Below, in pieces: positions 60,633 to 64,000 of a stretch of DNA of 64,000 nt. The stretch is from positions 3,648,001 through 3,712,000 of the forward strand of contig OZ244070.1 in the NCBI GenBank assembly GCA_965215605.1. The letters run 5' to 3'. The stretch is from an uncultured Candidatus Binatia bacterium (GTDB lineage: Bacteria; Desulfobacterota; Binatia; UBA9968; JAJDTQ01). How positions within the stretch are numbered: position 1 is the stretch's first letter; the number at the start of each line of letters is the position of its first letter. A program made the translations under genes and the position numbers. The notes under the pieces were generated by a model. That model was not told the origin of the DNA and made no database searches. It was given only the letters and a program-made list of their open reading frames with translations.

Positions 60633-60700
60633 GGCGGCGGATCGAGGATCTGCCATCGGTTCCGGATAGGGTATCCGCATCGTGAACACGGAGTATCGCC

Positions 60701-60964
60701 ATGGGTGACAGACTATACGTGAGTGGACTTCCATACGCCGTCACCGAGGCCCAGTTGCATGACCTCTTCGCAGGGCACGGCACCGTGGCATCGGCCAGAA
60801 TCATCACCGACCGCTTCAGCGGCCGGTCCCGCGGCTTCGGGTTCGTCGAGATGGGCTCCGAGGCGGAGGCCAGGGCTGCCATGGAGGCACTGGACGGCAC
60901 GGAGCTTCAGGGGCGGATGCTGAAGGTGAACGAGGCCCATGAAAGACGCGAGAGAGATACCTGA
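60701..60964 (+). CDS. RRM (RNP-1) RNA-binding protein
   Basis: LYVSGL (RNP-2) and RGFGFVEM (RNP-1), LKVNEA. Confidence 0.95.
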   Translation: MGDRLYVSGLPYAVTEAQLHDLFAGHGTVASARIITDRFSGRSRGFGFVEMGSEAEARAAMEALDGTELQGRMLKVNEAHERRERDT

Positions 60965-60998
60965 GGGGCCGATCCGGCAGCGAGGAAACCAACCGGGA

Positions 60999-61029
60999 GG
61001 GGCGGCGGAAGCGCCGCCCCCTTGTTTTT
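60999..61029 (+). terminator. Intrinsic terminator after the RRM gene
   Basis: GGGGCGGCG-GAAG-CGCCGCCCC followed by CTTGTTTTT. Confidence 0.75.
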
Positions 61030-61039
61030 GGAGCGTTCA

Positions 61040-62410
61040 ATGGACGAATCGCCGATCATCATCTCGAATGCCGCCATCCTGCCCATGACCGGCCGCGGGA
61101 AGGTCATCGAATCCGGCTACGTGACGGCGGTCGACGGCGTGATCACCGAGGTCGGGGCAGGGGAGCCGCCGGCCGCGGAACGAGCCTTGCGCATCGACGG
61201 CCGCGGCAAGGTGCTGATGCCCGGCCTGATCAACGCCCATACCCATCTGTATCAGGTGTTACTGAGAGCCGTGTGGGAAGACCTGCCGTTCCTGGCGTGG
61301 CTGAAGCGCATCTACGGCGTGGCGGAGGCCCTGAATCCGGAACACGCGCTGGCAGGCACCCTGTTGGGGTGCGTCGAGAATCTCAAGGGGGGCGTCACCA
61401 CCGTCTGTGAGCACAATTTCCTGAATCCCGGCCCGGAGTGCGCGGTGGCGGCGGTCGAGGCCATCTCCCGCTCGGGCCTGAGAGGCGTGTTCGCCCGCAC
61501 CATCATGGACACCGGCGACATTGTGCCGGAGTGCACCCGGGAGACGCCGGATACGGCCTTTGCGCGCATCGAGGGATTGATGTCGCACCAGCGGCTGAAG
61601 GGCTCGCCGGAGGAGTCCCGGCGGCTGACCTTTCGCACCGGACCCAACACGCCGCCCATCAATGCCTCCGCCGGCCTGCTGCGGGAGATCCGGCGTTTCG
61701 CGGACCACCATTCCATCGGCATCAGCGCGCATGTCGCCGAGTCGGCCTCGGTGGTGGAGGTCACCCGCAGCCAGTGCAACCGGCCCGGCGTGGTCGCTCA
61801 CCTGGCGGACTTCGATATACCGGGAGAAGACGCCATCTTCGCCCATAGCGTCCACCTCTCGCCCGAAGAGATCGCTCTGTTGGCGGATACGAACACGGCC
61901 GTGTCCCACAATCCCGTCAGCAACATGATGCTGGGCGACGGCATCGCACCGGTGGTGGAGATGCTGGGCGCCGGGGTCAGGGTCGGTCTCGGCTCGGACG
62001 GCGCCGCCAGCAATCACAGCCAGGATCTCTTCGAGACCATGAAGGCCGCGTCGCTGCTTCAGAAGGTCAAGCACCAGGACGCGGGCGTCATCGATCCCTA
62101 CCAGGTGCTCCGCATGGGCACCATCGACGGCGCCCATGCGCTGGGGCTCGGGTCCGTTTGCGGGTCGGTGGAGGCCGGTAAACGGGCGGACCTGATTCTG
62201 GTGGACGTTCAGAAACCCCACTTCCAGCCGGTCAACGACCTGGTGAGCCAGTTGGTGCACTGCGCCAAGGCCACGGACGTGGATACCGTGCTGGTCGACG
62301 GCAAGGTGCTGATGCAGGGTCGCGAGTGTGCGTCGCTGGACGAGGGTGAGACCCTTCGGCGCGCTCAGGCCGCGCGTCGCGACCTCATGGAACGCCTGCC
62401 CGCCGCGTGA
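61040..62410 (+). CDS. Amidohydrolase_1 family (MtaD/AtzA-like deaminase)
   Basis: PGLINAHTH, HVAES, AHSVHL, HNP.SN, GSDG, GKRADL motifs. Confidence 0.9.
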   Translation: MDESPIIISNAAILPMTGRGKVIESGYVTAVDGVITEVGAGEPPAAERALRIDGRGKVLMPGLINAHTHLYQVLLRAVWEDLPFLAWLKRIYGVAEALNPEHALAGTLLGCVENLKGGVTTVCEHNFLNPGPECAVAAVEAISRSGLRGVFARTIMDTGDIVPECTRETPDTAFARIEGLMSHQRLKGSPEESRRLTFRTGPNTPPINASAGLLREIRRFADHHSIGISAHVAESASVVEVTRSQCNRPGVVAHLADFDIPGEDAIFAHSVHLSPEEIALLADTNTAVSHNPVSNMMLGDGIAPVVEMLGAGVRVGLGSDGAASNHSQDLFETMKAASLLQKVKHQDAGVIDPYQVLRMGTIDGAHALGLGSVCGSVEAGKRADLILVDVQKPHFQPVNDLVSQLVHCAKATDVDTVLVDGKVLMQGRECASLDEGETLRRAQAARRDLMERLPAA

Positions 62411-62467
62411 GCGCGACGGATCCATGGATGTCGGCTTCTTCGCGGGCGCCGCGTCCGGCGCCCTGGG

Positions 62468-62689
62468 TCAGTTTCGATGCCGGTAGGTGATCCGGCCGCG
62501 GCTCAGGTCGTAGGGAGACAGCTCCAGAGTGACCCGGTCCCCGGGTAGAATCTTTATGTAGAATTTCCGCATTTTCCCCGCGGTGTAGGCGAGGACGTTG
62601 TGCTTGTTGTCCAACTCGACCTTGAACATGGCGTTGGGCAGGCTTTCCCTCACCGTGCCGGTAACCTCTATATTGTCCTGCTTGCTCAT
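62468..62689 (-). CDS. infA: Translation initiation factor IF-1
   Basis: [46 protein letters not shown]. Confidence 0.97.
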   Translation of the reverse strand: MSKQDNIEVTGTVRESLPNAMFKVELDNKHNVLAYTAGKMRKFYIKILPGDRVTLELSPYDLSRGRITYRHRN

Positions 62690-62873
62690 ACCGTGTGCTT
62701 TCGAGGCCTGTCCTCCTTTCCCGGAAGCGCGGGACGCTCCGGCTGTTAACGTCATAGCCTAGCCCAAGGGCCGCGAATTGTCCATCCCCGGTCCGGTCGT
62801 GCCGCGTCCGCGTTGCAATCGATCCTCCGCTGTGGAAGACTACGCCAAACCGAAAACGGTAATGGAAAGACCC

Positions 62874-63248
62874 ATGAGCACGGATCGTCTATTTCTCTTG
62901 CTGGGCGCCCTTTCCGGCTTCACCGGGGTCGTGCTGGGCGCGTTCGCGGCCCACGCCCTCAAGGGAAAGCTGACGGACGAGATGCTGAACATCTTCGAGG
63001 TGGGCGTCCGCTACCAGATCTACCACGCCCTGGCGCTGTTCATGGTGGCGTTGCTGCTGTCTCGCTGGCCCCGGGGCGAGTTCTCCGTGGCGGGATGGTT
63101 GTTCGTGCTGGGTACGGTGGTGTTTTCCGGAAGCCTCTACGCCTTGAGCCTTTCCGGCGTCCGGTGGTTGGGCGCCGTCACCCCCGTCGGGGGGCTCGCG
63201 TTTCTGCTGGGCTGGCTCGGCATCGCCTGGGGCGCCTGGAAGGGGTGA
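62874..63248 (+). CDS. DUF423 (YgdD/TMEM256) membrane protein
   Basis: GAFAAH, YQIYHAL, FSGSLY, TPVGG motifs. Confidence 0.92.
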   Translation: MSTDRLFLLLGALSGFTGVVLGAFAAHALKGKLTDEMLNIFEVGVRYQIYHALALFMVALLLSRWPRGEFSVAGWLFVLGTVVFSGSLYALSLSGVRWLGAVTPVGGLAFLLGWLGIAWGAWKG

Positions 63249-63266
63249 CCTTCTCGAGAGAGGACC

Positions 63267-64000
63267 ATGGCCAAGAACGGATACAGGATACTCGACAGCG
63301 ACATGCACATCATGGAGCCGCCGGATTTGTGGGAGAGGTACCTGGAGCCGGAGTTCAGGTCCCTGGCGCCGCGCGGCGTGACGAGCGAGAACGTCCGCGA
63401 CCTGCGCATGCAGCATCCCGACGGAAGCTTGTGGGGGTTGCCCCAAGTGCACGCCGGCAACGTCACGAAGGGGCACAACTTCGAGAAGAACCAGGGCATC
63501 TACGGCGTCCATGCCGCCCGCGGCTGGTTGCCGGAGGTCCAACTCGAAGCCATGGACATCGAAGGTATCGACGTGGCCGTGCTTTACCCCACGCGGGGGC
63601 TTCAGGCGCTCAGCGAGCCGGATATGGAGCCCCGCTTCGCCGCCGCCCTGGCGCGGGCGTACAATAACTGGCTGTACGATTTCTGCCGCGCCGACCCGGT
63701 CCGGTTGCTGGGGGCGGGAATGCTCTCCCCCTTCGACGTGGACGAGGCCGTGGCCGAGGCTCGCAGGTGTGCCCGGGAACTCTGTTTCCGGGGTATCTTC
63801 ATGCGTTCCAATCCGGTGAACGGCCGCAACTTCCACGACGACTACTACGAGCCGCTGTGGACCGAACTCGAGGATCTCGGCATGCCCCTGGGCCTTCACG
63901 AATCCTCTTCGTCCGGAGCGCGCCAGGTGGGCGACCAGTTCGAGCCCAACTTCATGCTCCGGCGCGTGTTCGCCCAACCGGTGGAGCAGATGCTGGCGCT
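63267..64000 (+). CDS. Amidohydrolase_2 family protein, runs off the window end
   Basis: MAKNGYRILDSDMHIMEP, MDIEGIDVAVLYPT, AYNNWL, YEPLW, GLHE motifs; GAGG RBS; no stop seen before 64000. Confidence 0.88.
   Translation, partial: MAKNGYRILDSDMHIMEPPDLWERYLEPEFRSLAPRGVTSENVRDLRMQHPDGSLWGLPQVHAGNVTKGHNFEKNQGIYGVHAARGWLPEVQLEAMDIEGIDVAVLYPTRGLQALSEPDMEPRFAAALARAYNNWLYDFCRADPVRLLGAGMLSPFDVDEAVAEARRCARELCFRGIFMRSNPVNGRNFHDDYYEPLWTELEDLGMPLGLHESSSSGARQVGDQFEPNFMLRRVFAQPVEQMLA

Overview
High-GC bacterial chromosome segment made mostly of core genes. The gene content (carD, DUF1844, lpxI, RRM RNA-binding protein, several amidohydrolases, orphan molybdo-hydroxylase subunit) suggests a deltaproteobacteria-like lineage, possibly Binatia; this is inference only. 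In order: a decayed mobile remnant (truncated tyrosine integrase and truncated higA flanking a small secreted-protein gene), metF, a Mo-hydroxylase large subunit, amidohydrolase, HAD hydrolase, cysQ-like phosphatase, two Rieske proteins, HIT, efp, coaE, a DegT aminotransferase, acyl-CoA ligase, tRNA-Cys, an unusual ferredoxin-membrane fusion, rimI, carD, ispD, tRNA-Glu, a 159-bp MITE in the cysK stop codon, DUF1844-degP-mrcB-tsaD-rsmA-mutM, lhgO, uvrBC, comEC, hisS, aspS, def, an Rrf2-sufBCDSUT operon, lysS, a lol/bam/lipid A super-operon, an RRM protein, infA and more amidohydrolases. The best candidate for an undescribed system is a two-gene islet between aspS and def: an unannotated 59-aa peptide with its own promoter, palindrome and RBS, coupled to a soluble ClpP/S49-class serine protease. 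All calls come from motif recognition by eye; no database searches were run.
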